Part shown: piece by piece, positions 50,083-60,352 of the stretch
How the letters are laid out: every line of letters begins with the position of its first letter
How positions within the stretch are numbered: position 1 is the first letter of the stretch
From: a virus
Lineage: Duplodnaviria > Caudoviricetes
Virus record (IMG/VR): IMGVR_UViG_3300028797_000100
Coordinates: 32,001 to 96,000 of that record
Length of the DNA stretch: 64,000 nt
Direction: 5' to 3' (one strand)
Made by a program: the position numbers and the translations under genes
The notes under the pieces: generated by a model
What the model was told of the DNA's origin: nothing
Databases searched by the model: none
The model's input: the letters and a program-made list of their open reading frames with translations, nothing else

Positions 50083-50673
50083 ATGGCTTTTAATAACAAC
50101 AACAATTTCAACAACTCCGTCAACAACCAGGGCGGAGACAAAAAGAAGACCAACTTCAAAATTGGTAAAATCTGGGGTGCAGATGGTGTACTTGAGGTAG
50201 CTGTATGGTGTGCTGACACTGGGGTACGCAGCATACTTTCAATCAAGGCTGCTGTTGGTAAAGATCCTTCAACAGGTAACAACGTTCTTGAGCAGAAGAT
50301 GCCTAATGAGCTTCCACGTTTCTTCATGGATGCTGCTCTGATGAATGCTTTCATCACTGGTGTAGCTCAGGTGTCAGATCTTGGTACTATGAACCTTGTT
50401 ATTGACAAGGGTAACAACAATAAGCTCACTGTCATGGGTCAGGGAAATCAGATTAAGATTACTATTGATCATCCTAAGTGTGGTTCAAGAACCATTACTC
50501 TTGATTCAGTATCAATCAATGGTAAGGCAATTCATGCAAACTTCAACATACTCATTGAGTATCTTAAGCTTGCATACAAGAAGGCTCTCGTAAACAAACT
50601 CGATCCGGAGGAGTTTGGTATGGTTACTGGTGGAGACAACAACGGGGAAGACGACGGCAACGTACCGTTCTAA
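50083..50673 (+). CDS. Putative single-stranded DNA-binding protein
   Basis: Located in the replication block; beta-rich core; acidic tail ending GEDDGNVPF like an SSB C-terminus. Confidence 0.5.
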   Translation: MAFNNNNNFNNSVNNQGGDKKKTNFKIGKIWGADGVLEVAVWCADTGVRSILSIKAAVGKDPSTGNNVLEQKMPNELPRFFMDAALMNAFITGVAQVSDLGTMNLVIDKGNNNKLTVMGQGNQIKITIDHPKCGSRTITLDSVSINGKAIHANFNILIEYLKLAYKKALVNKLDPEEFGMVTGGDNNGEDDGNVPF

Positions 50674-51305
50674 TGGTTGACTTTAATGACATCGGTAAAG
50701 CTGGATTAATGATACAATATGAGGATACAATCTCAATGGTTGGATTTAACATTGCAAAACAATTTAAGTCCAACCATCTATCTGAGAAGCTTGACAGTAT
50801 GACCGTTCCGGAAGTACTGTCGAGTTATCTCAATAGAGAAGATGAAGATTATTCTGTTTGGTTGAAGAAAGAGTTTAATATAGACATTGATCCGAAAGCA
50901 ATGTTTTCAAGCTTTTTATCTATGCAACCGAATATGATGTATCCTTATAGAGTATTTCCGGCTTCTCATAATGAGCATCAAGATAATCTGTACATATATT
51001 CGGATATATATTCCCCTATAGCCGAACAGTCACTGCGGACATATGGCTGTGGTGGTGCTGTGCAATACATACATTCGGATTTGGAGAAGTTCCTTAAAGA
51101 ACATCCAAACATGACTTTCATTACATCATCTATCAAGAGCATTGATATGGTGAGAAACATGAATGTTCCAATATGTCTGGTTGTATGTGATGATTATCGT
51201 TACACGATTGACCACTTTGTGAAAAACAAAATAGAGAAAGAGATAACAAAGAAACACAACATAATCCTTCGGTATACAAGTATAATATCAGGAGGTATTA
51301 TTTAA
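50673..51305 (+). CDS. Hypothetical protein
   Basis: 210 aa, coupled to the upstream stop. Confidence 0.7.
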   Translation: MVDFNDIGKAGLMIQYEDTISMVGFNIAKQFKSNHLSEKLDSMTVPEVLSSYLNREDEDYSVWLKKEFNIDIDPKAMFSSFLSMQPNMMYPYRVFPASHNEHQDNLYIYSDIYSPIAEQSLRTYGCGGAVQYIHSDLEKFLKEHPNMTFITSSIKSIDMVRNMNVPICLVVCDDYRYTIDHFVKNKIEKEITKKHNIILRYTSIISGGII

Positions 51306-51327
51306 AAGGAAAAGGGAGGTATATGGA

Positions 51328-52956
51328 ATGGCAAAGAAAGAACCGTCTTCCAAGACACTTCTTTATCTGTATGACCCAGATGAGACATACGAGTACAATG
51401 CTAAGCATGGTACGCAGTATCCTTACAATGGCTTTCCAACGGGTTTGAAGGGTAAGAAGTATAAGAAGACTAGATTCATTAACTGGGAACCTATACCTGA
51501 GGATATTATTATCCGTCACAACGGTTCTCAAATATTCGTCAACTTCAGTGCATTATTTCCCGATCTGATTGATCCTGCATTTGAAGTATTCCAGTTGCGT
51601 GCTAAGAGAAATGATTTGCAGAATTACATCTGTGAACAAATCAATTTCTTCACCGCATTGTATGACGATGATAATGATCTCATAACATCAATGATGATCG
51701 CCAAGTATATGACTGACTCGGAAACATATACTATCGACACATTTGATGAATATTACAAGCAGCTTTATGATACTCTATTTCCACCAAGGACGATGGAGAA
51801 AATCAAGAAGATGGTTGATGAGAATGATGTTGGAGATGATACGGTGGGATTATTCCCGTTAGATTTTCTCCGTGATATGTACATTGTCTCATTCATGATA
51901 AAGGTAATGCACATATTCATTGAACATTTCATCATAGCAACTGGTAACTCCCCAAAAGATTTATATGAACTCTTTGCACGTGCTTTCTCGCATGCAATGA
52001 ATCAGATAAATCCTCATATGTACATTCTGTTGTACAACTACGTCAACAAGAATGTCCTTCAGTCAATTTCATCCAATGCTAATATATACGACATGCAGGC
52101 AGTTGAGGGTGTTACAGCACCTACAACTACGCAGTTCGTTATGAGAAAGATATTACTCTGTGATGGATTGATTAAACTCACATTCGCATCTGCATGGGAT
52201 AAGATTAATAAGCGTCCAACATATTCTTGTGTAGGTCTTATTAAAGCCATCATCATGCAAGCTTCCTTCCTGACAAGAAAGAAACAGTTGAGGTATTCAC
52301 TGGTAAATGTCGATGATGTTTCTCAGTTGATGCCTGACAATGTTAACCAGAATTCACCAATATCAATGATACGTTCATTCAATCCTGGAGAGTATAGTTG
52401 TATGCTCAAGGATCTGAATATCATCATTGCGAACATTGCACTTGAGATAGATGTATCTCCTGTAGATTACTACATGGAGCATATGCCTCAGATGAATGAA
52501 TTGTCAAAGATATTGATAGATACAGTACTCTATAACAAATTCCATTCGTCTATTTCTACTAATACACTGAGTATGCGTCAGAAAGTTCTGCTACTGTTAT
52601 ATGTTCGCCATATGGTTATGGAGATATACGGAATCCAAGAAGAGGATACTAAAGACAATGCTCTCATAAATATCCTCATGGGTAAAACCGTTACAACAGC
52701 AACAAAGTCACTGACACAGAAAGATGTAAATAACATCAAGAAGTTTGTTAAGTTGAATCATCTGAAGGAATATCTTCTTTCGGAGAATAACGTAAACATC
52801 TTCGTTGAAAGTATCATGCATTGTGTACTGTCATCATATACGATCGTAAATCATAATGATCCTTCATTACTTGATACACCATTGATATATGAAACGGGAA
52901 ACATGACTATGGCTATATTGGATATGGTCGTTGAGATATTTGAGATGTTAAAGTAA
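51328..52956 (+). CDS. Sigma-like promoter-specificity subunit of the non-virion RNAP (AR9 gp226/phiKZ gp68-like)
   Basis: 542 aa, largely helical-looking, directly upstream of beta'-N. Segments DLITSMMIAKYMTDSETYT, MNELSKILIDTVLYNKF and AILDMVVEI resemble AR9 gp226 as I recall it; needs HMM confirmation. Confidence 0.6.
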   Translation: MAKKEPSSKTLLYLYDPDETYEYNAKHGTQYPYNGFPTGLKGKKYKKTRFINWEPIPEDIIIRHNGSQIFVNFSALFPDLIDPAFEVFQLRAKRNDLQNYICEQINFFTALYDDDNDLITSMMIAKYMTDSETYTIDTFDEYYKQLYDTLFPPRTMEKIKKMVDENDVGDDTVGLFPLDFLRDMYIVSFMIKVMHIFIEHFIIATGNSPKDLYELFARAFSHAMNQINPHMYILLYNYVNKNVLQSISSNANIYDMQAVEGVTAPTTTQFVMRKILLCDGLIKLTFASAWDKINKRPTYSCVGLIKAIIMQASFLTRKKQLRYSLVNVDDVSQLMPDNVNQNSPISMIRSFNPGEYSCMLKDLNIIIANIALEIDVSPVDYYMEHMPQMNELSKILIDTVLYNKFHSSISTNTLSMRQKVLLLLYVRHMVMEIYGIQEEDTKDNALINILMGKTVTTATKSLTQKDVNNIKKFVKLNHLKEYLLSENNVNIFVESIMHCVLSSYTIVNHNDPSLLDTPLIYETGNMTMAILDMVVEIFEMLK

Positions 52957-52969
52957 AGGGGGTATACGA

Positions 52970-54373
52970 ATGTCATCAGTCAGACTTGAGAGGATGAATC
53001 TCGAAAATGAGTACATCCTCGACATGATAACAAACAATGGATTTGTTATAAAGAATGAAGACCAATACGCACCAACAAATGTTGATCAGCTGGTAAACTC
53101 TCCAAAGTTCATGGATGTAGAATACCGTTGTGATTGTGGTGCTTTCACAGGACAAGACATCATAGGCCGTGTCTGCCCTCGTTGTAACACAGAGATTACT
53201 TTGAGATCTCTTAACTTTGGATATACTGGTTGGATTGATATTGCTCCTCATAAGGTAATAACACCAATCTACTATTCAATGTTGAAAAGAGTATTGACTC
53301 CTAATATGCTGAAATACATCTTAGGAGATTATAAGTCTGACTTATCTGTCCCTTACAATGAAAACGACACAAACTTCTTTGAGAATAAGAAGAATCGTAA
53401 AAAGGGTAGAGTTGCTCAGAATGATATCGAAGCTATCAAGAAGAAAGTTCCTAAGTCCAAGCATATCTATGAGGGACTTGGTCATGATGAATTCTATGAA
53501 AGATTCGAAGAAGTTCTGACAGCTTGTGCAAAGAACGGTGCTGAAGAATTACAAACACTCCTTGATGAAAAACACTCGGTATTCACATCAAAGATTCCTG
53601 TGTACTCAACAGCATTCCGTCCTGTATTGAAAACATCTGAAACAATGTTCTATGATAAGACCAACAAATGGTTCTCACAGATCGTTGCAATTCAGTGTAA
53701 ATTGAAGGATATGACTCTTCCATGTGAAACCATTCAAGCATTAAACTTCATTCAGAATTATTGGATAGACATGACTGAATATCTGATAACTGATGAGGTT
53801 TCAAAGAAAGATGGTTTCGTTCGTTCAGAGATTGTTGGAGGTACTTTCTCATTCTCTGCACGTGCTGTTATCACACTCGATATTTCTCTCAATATCGATG
53901 AAGTGGATCTTCCGCTTCCAATGTGTATAACCGCATTCCATTACAAGATTACACATATACTTGCGGTGAGATATAATCTTACATTGGAGCAAGCATACTT
54001 AACCGTCAGAGATTACAAGATACATCCTGAAGTTGTTGATATCCTCCAGGAGATAATCGATGAGGGTCAATGGATAATGATACTTCGTGAGCCGACAAAC
54101 AATATCGGTTCAATCGAGGTTGCTAGAATTCGTCGCTTCAAGAAGAATGATGATACTATATCACTTCCTCCAGAAGTTCTCTCCGGATTCAATGCAGACT
54201 TTGATGGAGATCAGTTGAATGTTTTGTTCCTTGGTTCATACAAGGATGGAATCGTTCAGCACTTCGAAGCATTCCATTATTCATGCATGACCAACTATAT
54301 CAATGAGAGAGTTAATATCGATCTCATGGATTGGTCAAACTACTGCTTAGGCATTATGTCTGAAGCAGAATAA
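52970..54373 (+). CDS. rpoC: Non-virion RNA polymerase beta' subunit, N-terminal half
   Basis: Zn ribbon CDCG...CPRC, GWIDI, FSARAVI, LREP, catalytic FNADFDGDQLN. Confidence 0.92.
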   Translation: MSSVRLERMNLENEYILDMITNNGFVIKNEDQYAPTNVDQLVNSPKFMDVEYRCDCGAFTGQDIIGRVCPRCNTEITLRSLNFGYTGWIDIAPHKVITPIYYSMLKRVLTPNMLKYILGDYKSDLSVPYNENDTNFFENKKNRKKGRVAQNDIEAIKKKVPKSKHIYEGLGHDEFYERFEEVLTACAKNGAEELQTLLDEKHSVFTSKIPVYSTAFRPVLKTSETMFYDKTNKWFSQIVAIQCKLKDMTLPCETIQALNFIQNYWIDMTEYLITDEVSKKDGFVRSEIVGGTFSFSARAVITLDISLNIDEVDLPLPMCITAFHYKITHILAVRYNLTLEQAYLTVRDYKIHPEVVDILQEIIDEGQWIMILREPTNNIGSIEVARIRRFKKNDDTISLPPEVLSGFNADFDGDQLNVLFLGSYKDGIVQHFEAFHYSCMTNYINERVNIDLMDWSNYCLGIMSEAE

Positions 54374-54419
54374 GAATGTTACAACGGCGGGGTTTATCCC
54401 CCGCCAACTAACATTTTAT

Positions 54420-55004
54420 TTGAAAGGAATTTTGTTTATGTATACATTAAGTAGACACAATGTTATTTGTAAAAATGATGTTAACGAGACTGAATATGAA
54501 TTTGAATTCGTTGAAATAGTGGGTGATCGTTTTAGATATAAATTTAAAGTATTCAATAGATATAAAGATACATTAGGTGGTGATCTTCGGTCACCATCTG
54601 CAGAATACGACATAATTGTCCGTAGCACTTCCGAGCTCAATAATTTGTACAATAATCCAGAATATGCACATGAGTTCATTAGCAAAGAAGCATACGGATG
54701 TACGTTCATATATTTTGAATTTCAGTTACCTGATGAGAAGCATAGCAAGCCAGGCATAGGCACACTGTATTCTTCCTTTGAAACATATGCTGATATCAGA
54801 AAGAGCTTTCCTACATTAGCTCGAAATGGAATTGTTATAACATCTATGGAGGAAGACTCCAATAAGTTTGACTTTGATAATAACAGACCTGTGTATATCG
54901 GATATTGTTTTATCAATGATGATGAAGACATATGGTGGAAATATGAAGAAACAATACTCAAACTAGCTAAAGATTTTTCAATAAATGATAAGGATGATGA
55001 ATAA
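54420..55004 (+). CDS. Hypothetical protein
   Basis: About 188-194 aa; likely start ATG 54438 after GAAAGGAA. Confidence 0.7.
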   Translation: MKGILFMYTLSRHNVICKNDVNETEYEFEFVEIVGDRFRYKFKVFNRYKDTLGGDLRSPSAEYDIIVRSTSELNNLYNNPEYAHEFISKEAYGCTFIYFEFQLPDEKHSKPGIGTLYSSFETYADIRKSFPTLARNGIVITSMEEDSNKFDFDNNRPVYIGYCFINDDEDIWWKYEETILKLAKDFSINDKDDE

Positions 55005-55306
55005 TGTTCACTAAAACCTATATAGTACGCTGTAATGTCAATCTAATAACAGAAGTCAAAAGTACATACGCATTAGTCAATGCTGGTAATCGTAGAGGAG
55101 CTTTGACGAAGTTCCTCTTTCATGTAGATGAGATTAAAGGATTTCCTCACATAGATCCGCATGAATCTTTCTTAGCACATAAGTCAGACAATGATAAAAT
55201 TAAGGTGTATTATAATAATGCACATGATATTCGTATTACTGTCGAACAGATTAATCCCCACGGGGATGTTATAATTATAGGAGGATCAGATGATTTACAA
55301 GAATGA
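55004..55306 (+). CDS. Hypothetical protein
   Basis: 100 aa, coupled start. Confidence 0.65.
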   Translation: MFTKTYIVRCNVNLITEVKSTYALVNAGNRRGALTKFLFHVDEIKGFPHIDPHESFLAHKSDNDKIKVYYNNAHDIRITVEQINPHGDVIIIGGSDDLQE

Positions 55307-55937
55307 TGATCTATTAATAAAGGAAGAACCGAGAGTTGTTATTAAGCATACAGGTCTTCTTCATATGATTGACGGCAGACGTTTCTATGTATACGTAAAT
55401 AACAAACCATGGGGCGGTTTTGATTCATTGAGTATATGGAATGATTCACTTAACTTCTATAGAGAAGACACATTGAAAGATCCAATGATTGATTGTGAAA
55501 TTAAAGAGCAGAGATCGGTACAGGTACCATTTGATCGGTGTATGGACATGGTTTTGGCTTGTGGTGATGATAATATTAAATTATCAGACTTCAGAGGTAT
55601 TGAAGAACAATGTAAGATCAATCAGGATATAATCCATGCTGGAGACTTTGTACGTTTAACTTACAGAAATAATGCCGCTGATATTGAATACAAGAGTACT
55701 GCAATAGTGTTTGAAGTGGATTCACGACGCATTATATTGTCGATTCCATGTGGTGATCATCTTAGACATGTTCACCTCACTACATATGACCTGTCGAATA
55801 AAGGTATTTCTGTTGAGATTGAGATACTTTTTAAAGCCGAGCGACCCAGACCAGAGCCACCCAGACCGTGGGAGGAAACCCCATCAAACGATGACGATGA
55901 TTCACCCAAGTATGATGTAATAGATGAGGAGAAATAA
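55290..55937 (+). CDS. Hypothetical protein
   Basis: 215 aa, RBS AGGAGG. Confidence 0.7.
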   Translation: MIYKNDDLLIKEEPRVVIKHTGLLHMIDGRRFYVYVNNKPWGGFDSLSIWNDSLNFYREDTLKDPMIDCEIKEQRSVQVPFDRCMDMVLACGDDNIKLSDFRGIEEQCKINQDIIHAGDFVRLTYRNNAADIEYKSTAIVFEVDSRRIILSIPCGDHLRHVHLTTYDLSNKGISVEIEILFKAERPRPEPPRPWEETPSNDDDDSPKYDVIDEEK

Positions 55938-55941
55938 TAAT

Positions 55942-56385
55942 ATGGACGAAGATAAGATCACATCATTTAGAGGAGACTACTTCTTTCTATCAAACTTTTA
56001 TCCATGCGCTATATTGTTTAATGGATACTTATTTGGATCTGCAGAAGCAGCTTTCCAAGCACAAAAAGTAATCAATAGTAGAGACCAGGTAGCTTTCACA
56101 CAAATGTCACCTGGCCAAGCAAAGAAGTATGGTAAAACGGTTAAGCTTCGTAAAGATTGGGAGGATGTTAAACTTGGTATCATGGAGGCAATAATCCGTG
56201 AGAAGTTTATATATGATCCCGAGTTGATTAAAATGTTACTCGATACAGGAGACAAAGAACTGATTGAAGGTAACAATTGGAATGATACATTCTGGGGAAT
56301 GTGTCGTGGTAAAGGCGAAAACCATCTTGGAAAGATTCTTATGAAGCTCCGTGCAGAGCTTCGTATGAAGGAGGTAACCAAATGA
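55942..56385 (+). CDS. NADAR family protein (YbiA-like)
   Basis: FLSNFYP, SAEAAFQAQK, AKKYGK...LRKDWE, LLDTGDKELIEGNNWNDTFWG, GENHLGKILMKLR. Confidence 0.92.
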   Translation: MDEDKITSFRGDYFFLSNFYPCAILFNGYLFGSAEAAFQAQKVINSRDQVAFTQMSPGQAKKYGKTVKLRKDWEDVKLGIMEAIIREKFIYDPELIKMLLDTGDKELIEGNNWNDTFWGMCRGKGENHLGKILMKLRAELRMKEVTK

Positions 56386-56744
56386 GAAAGTTCTTTAGTA
56401 CAGTTGCAATGACCGTATGCGCTTTACTTGGAATATTCATGATGTTCGCCATAGGTGTATTGGCATTCAGAAATATCAAATTGCTTGTTGAAGGATTAAT
56501 AAACATATCATTGATACTTGAGATGGTTGGTGCTATTGTCATATTTGGATTTCTCATTGCAGTATTCAAGATTGTTGATGATAACAACTATGACCACCGA
56601 CCCACACCCTCCATTGAAGAATTGGAGAAGATGGAGTGTATTAAACCTAAACAACCACCAAATCCTTTCAGTACTAGTAAATTTGATGATGATACATATG
56701 ATACCGTATTAGAAAAACTCCGAAAAGGTGAAGACCTCCAATGA
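56382..56744 (+). CDS. Two-TM membrane protein
   Basis: 120 aa, two hydrophobic helices, RBS AAGGAGGT. Confidence 0.7.
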   Translation: MRKFFSTVAMTVCALLGIFMMFAIGVLAFRNIKLLVEGLINISLILEMVGAIVIFGFLIAVFKIVDDNNYDHRPTPSIEELEKMECIKPKQPPNPFSTSKFDDDTYDTVLEKLRKGEDLQ

Positions 56745-56952
56745 CCATGATGTAAATAATCTTCGGGGAGATTATATAAAGATTTATGGAAAGGAGGTAC
56801 GCATGTGAGAGACTTTATTAATTTCATGAAATCATTCGTTTATGGAACCTTTGTTGTATTGGGTGTATTATTAACTATTGGAACATTCGTCATGGGGATA
56901 TTGATAAAGTCGGTTTGTGAAGATGAAAGTAAACGAAGAGACAAAGAAGAAT

Positions 56953-56981
56953 AATATAGGGGGCATATAGCCCCCTATATT
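56953..56981 (+). terminator. Intrinsic terminator
   Basis: AATATAGGGGGC-ATATA-GCCCCCTATATT plus T-rich tail. Confidence 0.8.
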
Positions 56982-56999
56982 ATTTTTTGTTTTCACATG

Positions 57000-57009
57000 T
57001 ATATTATTA
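57000..57009 (+). promoter_or_regulatory. Putative early promoter TATATTATTA
   Basis: Recurrent motif directly after a terminator. Confidence 0.6.
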
Positions 57010-57057
57010 TTACGATAATCTGAAAAGATTATTAATAAAACTTCGGAGGTTAAAATT

Positions 57058-58104
57058 ATGAGAAATGCAAACAAACTCGAGCAAATGCTCGACCCCAGGC
57101 ACGGAACGAGAATGATCACTCTGAGACCGGGAACATCCATCGGCAATTATGAACCAACACGTTTTCTGTTAATTGTTGATGATGACTTCAAGAAAATGTT
57201 TCCATCACAGGTAACTGAATTCACAATGATCAGCTCACTTGAGTACGACGTATTCAAAGATTATTTTCCTACAGTAACAGAGGATTCTGCAGGTGTAAAA
57301 TGTATAATGCCTGTTGAAGAGCAGCTCGCTAAAGGGGAGAAACTTCCACCTCGTGCATACGTTAATATGGTTTTCAACCATGATCCCGAACTTTTCAAGA
57401 AATATACTGAAGATACTGGTATAAGTATACTTGGTGCACAGTTCTGCCCTATCGATAAATCATATCGTGAGGAATTCGAAATGGGTAACATTGAGTTTAT
57501 TCCATTGGGTATGATGGATATAACATGTTCGTGGAAATATAATAAGAGACCATTCACAGTGTCTCAGTTTATATGCATGAGAAAGGATACTTGCTCATAT
57601 GAGTTCCGTTTAGTGTATAAAGTTGATATGATTTATCAAATCATGCTTGTACATCACGACCCTTTCTTTAATTCAAACAGCTCAGAATTCAATGATGATA
57701 TTTATCGATTATTTAAAAATATCATTCCATGCATTTCACGTGAATCGATGAGATTATGGGATGCTATCCAGTATATGTCATTACATCCTAAGCTCAAAGA
57801 GGTGTTCTTCTCAGAAGAAGCTCTGGCACCATCATATGCGAGAAAACCGCTCCGTTCAGGAATGGATCTCAGAAAGCAGACAGCTCGTAACAATGTGAAG
57901 TATGTTCATTTGGATGTATCCAAACATAATAGAACTATTGACGAGCAGGAAAAGAGAAAGTACACCAAACCATCAGAGCAAGTTCCTTACAAAGGACATT
58001 TCAGGAGAAAACCAGGTAGTGACGAAGAGATTTATATACAACCCGGAATAAGATATAAGAATAATCCCCCGATCAAGGAACCAAAAGAAGTAAAAATGGT
58101 ATAA
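57058..58104 (+). CDS. Hypothetical protein with a basic C-terminal KGHFRR motif
   Basis: 348 aa, RBS GGAGGT. Confidence 0.75.
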   Translation: MRNANKLEQMLDPRHGTRMITLRPGTSIGNYEPTRFLLIVDDDFKKMFPSQVTEFTMISSLEYDVFKDYFPTVTEDSAGVKCIMPVEEQLAKGEKLPPRAYVNMVFNHDPELFKKYTEDTGISILGAQFCPIDKSYREEFEMGNIEFIPLGMMDITCSWKYNKRPFTVSQFICMRKDTCSYEFRLVYKVDMIYQIMLVHHDPFFNSNSSEFNDDIYRLFKNIIPCISRESMRLWDAIQYMSLHPKLKEVFFSEEALAPSYARKPLRSGMDLRKQTARNNVKYVHLDVSKHNRTIDEQEKRKYTKPSEQVPYKGHFRRKPGSDEEIYIQPGIRYKNNPPIKEPKEVKMV

Positions 58105-58106
58105 AT

Positions 58107-58131
58107 TAATGGGGAGAATATCTCCCCATTA
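58107..58131 (+). terminator. Hairpin (possible terminator)
   Basis: TAATGGGGAGA-ATA-TCTCCCCATTA. Confidence 0.6.
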
Positions 58132-58164
58132 TAATATATAAAACAAGACGGAGGTAAAAAGAAA

Positions 58165-59610
58165 ATGATTGACAACTTATCAGGATTCTTAAACGAGTTA
58201 AAGATATATGTCGTTTGTGAATCAGGATACCTGACCATTGAAGAAATAATAGAGACGATGGTCAAAAAGAAAATGATATCGTTAGCAAGATATGATATCA
58301 GTCAAGTGAACTGTACGCTTATTCTGAATGATATCCAGGAACACATGCAGCGTTATACTGATGCGGAAGTAATGGCCTATTTCTTGAAATACATGTTTGA
58401 TTTCAAGAATGATAATATCTATAAACAGAAACTGTACAGCGTAGGCATAATCAATTGCGCAGATGTAAATATCAGACGTGTTGAGAGAATACATTTAAAT
58501 CTCAGACGTAGAATATTTGCACAACCAAAGTACACTAAAGAAACATTTGTTTTCATCAGTGATATCATTGGTAATGACAAATTCCGCGAAGCTGTCAAAG
58601 AATCTCAAACAGCACCAATGACAGTAAAAGAATTCATACATTATCATTTCAAGTGTTCATTATTAAATCATGATGGTACACTCGAAAAGATAAATAAGAT
58701 TAAAGATGTCATAACTGAAATCAAACCATTTGTGAAGTTCGTCAATACAGATGAATTCCCTTGGAATCTGTTGGTGGCTCTGAATAGAGATTATCACATC
58801 AATGTTTATCAGAAACTGTTGGATTTCTTGAGTGCAAATGGATTGACATTGAATGACATTATCGAAAAGCAAGATATAGCCACGGATGTATTCAAGTACA
58901 ATCTGTGTGCGTTTGTTCATATAAAGTCCAGAGTAGATGTTATCTCAGCAAAGTTCATTCACAATCTTCCTTTATCGGATATCAAAGTATCAAAGCTTAG
59001 TGATTCATCTATAAATGTATCCATCACAAGAATTAAACAGATATATGATGCAGCCATGAGATCAATGGTTGATGCTATAACTGACAACAGCAGATTCTTC
59101 TTTGATGGATTTGAGTTATTTGCAAAGAAACTCAAACCAGATGAGGTTGCAAATAGAATTATGCATGATACACTTCCTCCAAATATAATGGATATGTTGA
59201 TTGCTGTAATTCCTACAGCACCATATATGACATTGGAAGAATTGACATCCATAATTTACAATAACCCTCTCATACATCATGTTATTGTGTATGGATTTCT
59301 CAAGGGTGTTGTTGTTGCCAACCAGGAGCTTCGTGTCTCTCAGGGCATTAGTAGAACTCCTGTGATCCCTGAAGATGTGGCTGAACTGAACTTATCTCAG
59401 AGAGCAACAAATGCACTCATCAGAAGTGGTATACATAAAACTATAGATCTCATAACACTATCATACGATGACTTGCATAACGTAAGAAACATTGGTCAAA
59501 AGAGTTTCGATGAAATCATTGAGACATTAAAAATATATGGTGTTCACATCACCGACAAGGAGGATACTTCACATGAAAGTACGTTTAATTACACACACCC
59601 CAGATCCTGA
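58165..59610 (+). CDS. Protein with a C-terminal RNA polymerase alpha-CTD-like domain
   Basis: VAELNLSQRATNALIRSGIHKTIDLITLSYDDLHNVRNIGQKSFDEIIETLKIYG matches the alphaCTD pattern (LxLSxRxxNxL...RNxGxKSxxEI). Confidence 0.8.
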   Translation: MIDNLSGFLNELKIYVVCESGYLTIEEIIETMVKKKMISLARYDISQVNCTLILNDIQEHMQRYTDAEVMAYFLKYMFDFKNDNIYKQKLYSVGIINCADVNIRRVERIHLNLRRRIFAQPKYTKETFVFISDIIGNDKFREAVKESQTAPMTVKEFIHYHFKCSLLNHDGTLEKINKIKDVITEIKPFVKFVNTDEFPWNLLVALNRDYHINVYQKLLDFLSANGLTLNDIIEKQDIATDVFKYNLCAFVHIKSRVDVISAKFIHNLPLSDIKVSKLSDSSINVSITRIKQIYDAAMRSMVDAITDNSRFFFDGFELFAKKLKPDEVANRIMHDTLPPNIMDMLIAVIPTAPYMTLEELTSIIYNNPLIHHVIVYGFLKGVVVANQELRVSQGISRTPVIPEDVAELNLSQRATNALIRSGIHKTIDLITLSYDDLHNVRNIGQKSFDEIIETLKIYGVHITDKEDTSHESTFNYTHPRS

Positions 59611-60346
59611 GCGAGTAATCGCAACAGCTGCAAAGCTGTGTTATTCTTCTTCGGATATCGAGTCTCTCCAAGAGGGACTCGATCCAGATAAGATTTACAA
59701 CTTTCTTTCAATGTTGACTGAGCTGGGACATGAAAGTCCGATGGAGCATGTTACATTCACCTTTGGAATCGAAGGTATCAGTAGAGCATGTAGTCATCAG
59801 TTAGTTCGTCATCGTATCGCTTCATACTCTCAGAAATCCCAGAGATATGTTAGCGAGAACCAGTTTGATTATGTCACACCACCAGACATCAAATTGGATG
59901 AAATGACAAAAGCTATATATGATGATACAATGGAACTTCTTCAGAGTCGTTATGAAATAATTCGTGATGCTCTCATCAAGAAACATGTTGAAGAAGGTAT
60001 GGAAAAGAAAGCTGCAGAAAAGAAAGCAAATGAAGATGCCAGAATGGTTCTTCCAAATGCTTGCGAGACTTCTATAATTGTGACAATGAACATTCGTTCA
60101 CTGTTCAATTTCTTTAAGCATCGTTGCTGCAATAGAGCTCAGTGGGAAATCCAGCAGCTTGCATTAGAGATGTATAAACTCTGTTTAGGTGTAGCTCCAA
60201 CTATCTTCCGCAATGCAGGTCCATCATGTGTTTCCAAGGGACAGTGTGGTGAAGGCCGCATGACTTGTGGTAAGGCAATGTTCATGAGAGGTATGTTTGC
60301 AGAAATGCATAAAGACGAATTATCGTTAAGAAGTGAAGAAGGGTGA
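59573..60346 (+). CDS. thyX: Flavin-dependent thymidylate synthase ThyX
   Basis: ATG 59573 after AAGGAGG; GHESPMEH, HQLVRHRIASYSQKSQRYV, EDARMVLPN, RAQWEI. Confidence 0.95.
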   Translation: MKVRLITHTPDPERVIATAAKLCYSSSDIESLQEGLDPDKIYNFLSMLTELGHESPMEHVTFTFGIEGISRACSHQLVRHRIASYSQKSQRYVSENQFDYVTPPDIKLDEMTKAIYDDTMELLQSRYEIIRDALIKKHVEEGMEKKAAEKKANEDARMVLPNACETSIIVTMNIRSLFNFFKHRCCNRAQWEIQQLALEMYKLCLGVAPTIFRNAGPSCVSKGQCGEGRMTCGKAMFMRGMFAEMHKDELSLRSEEG

Positions 60347-60352
60347 TAAGTC

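Noticed and set aside
51328-52956. Chimallin (nucleus shell) call based on gene position
   Set aside because: The sequence resembles the gp226-type sigma-like subunit better; I recognised no ChmA features
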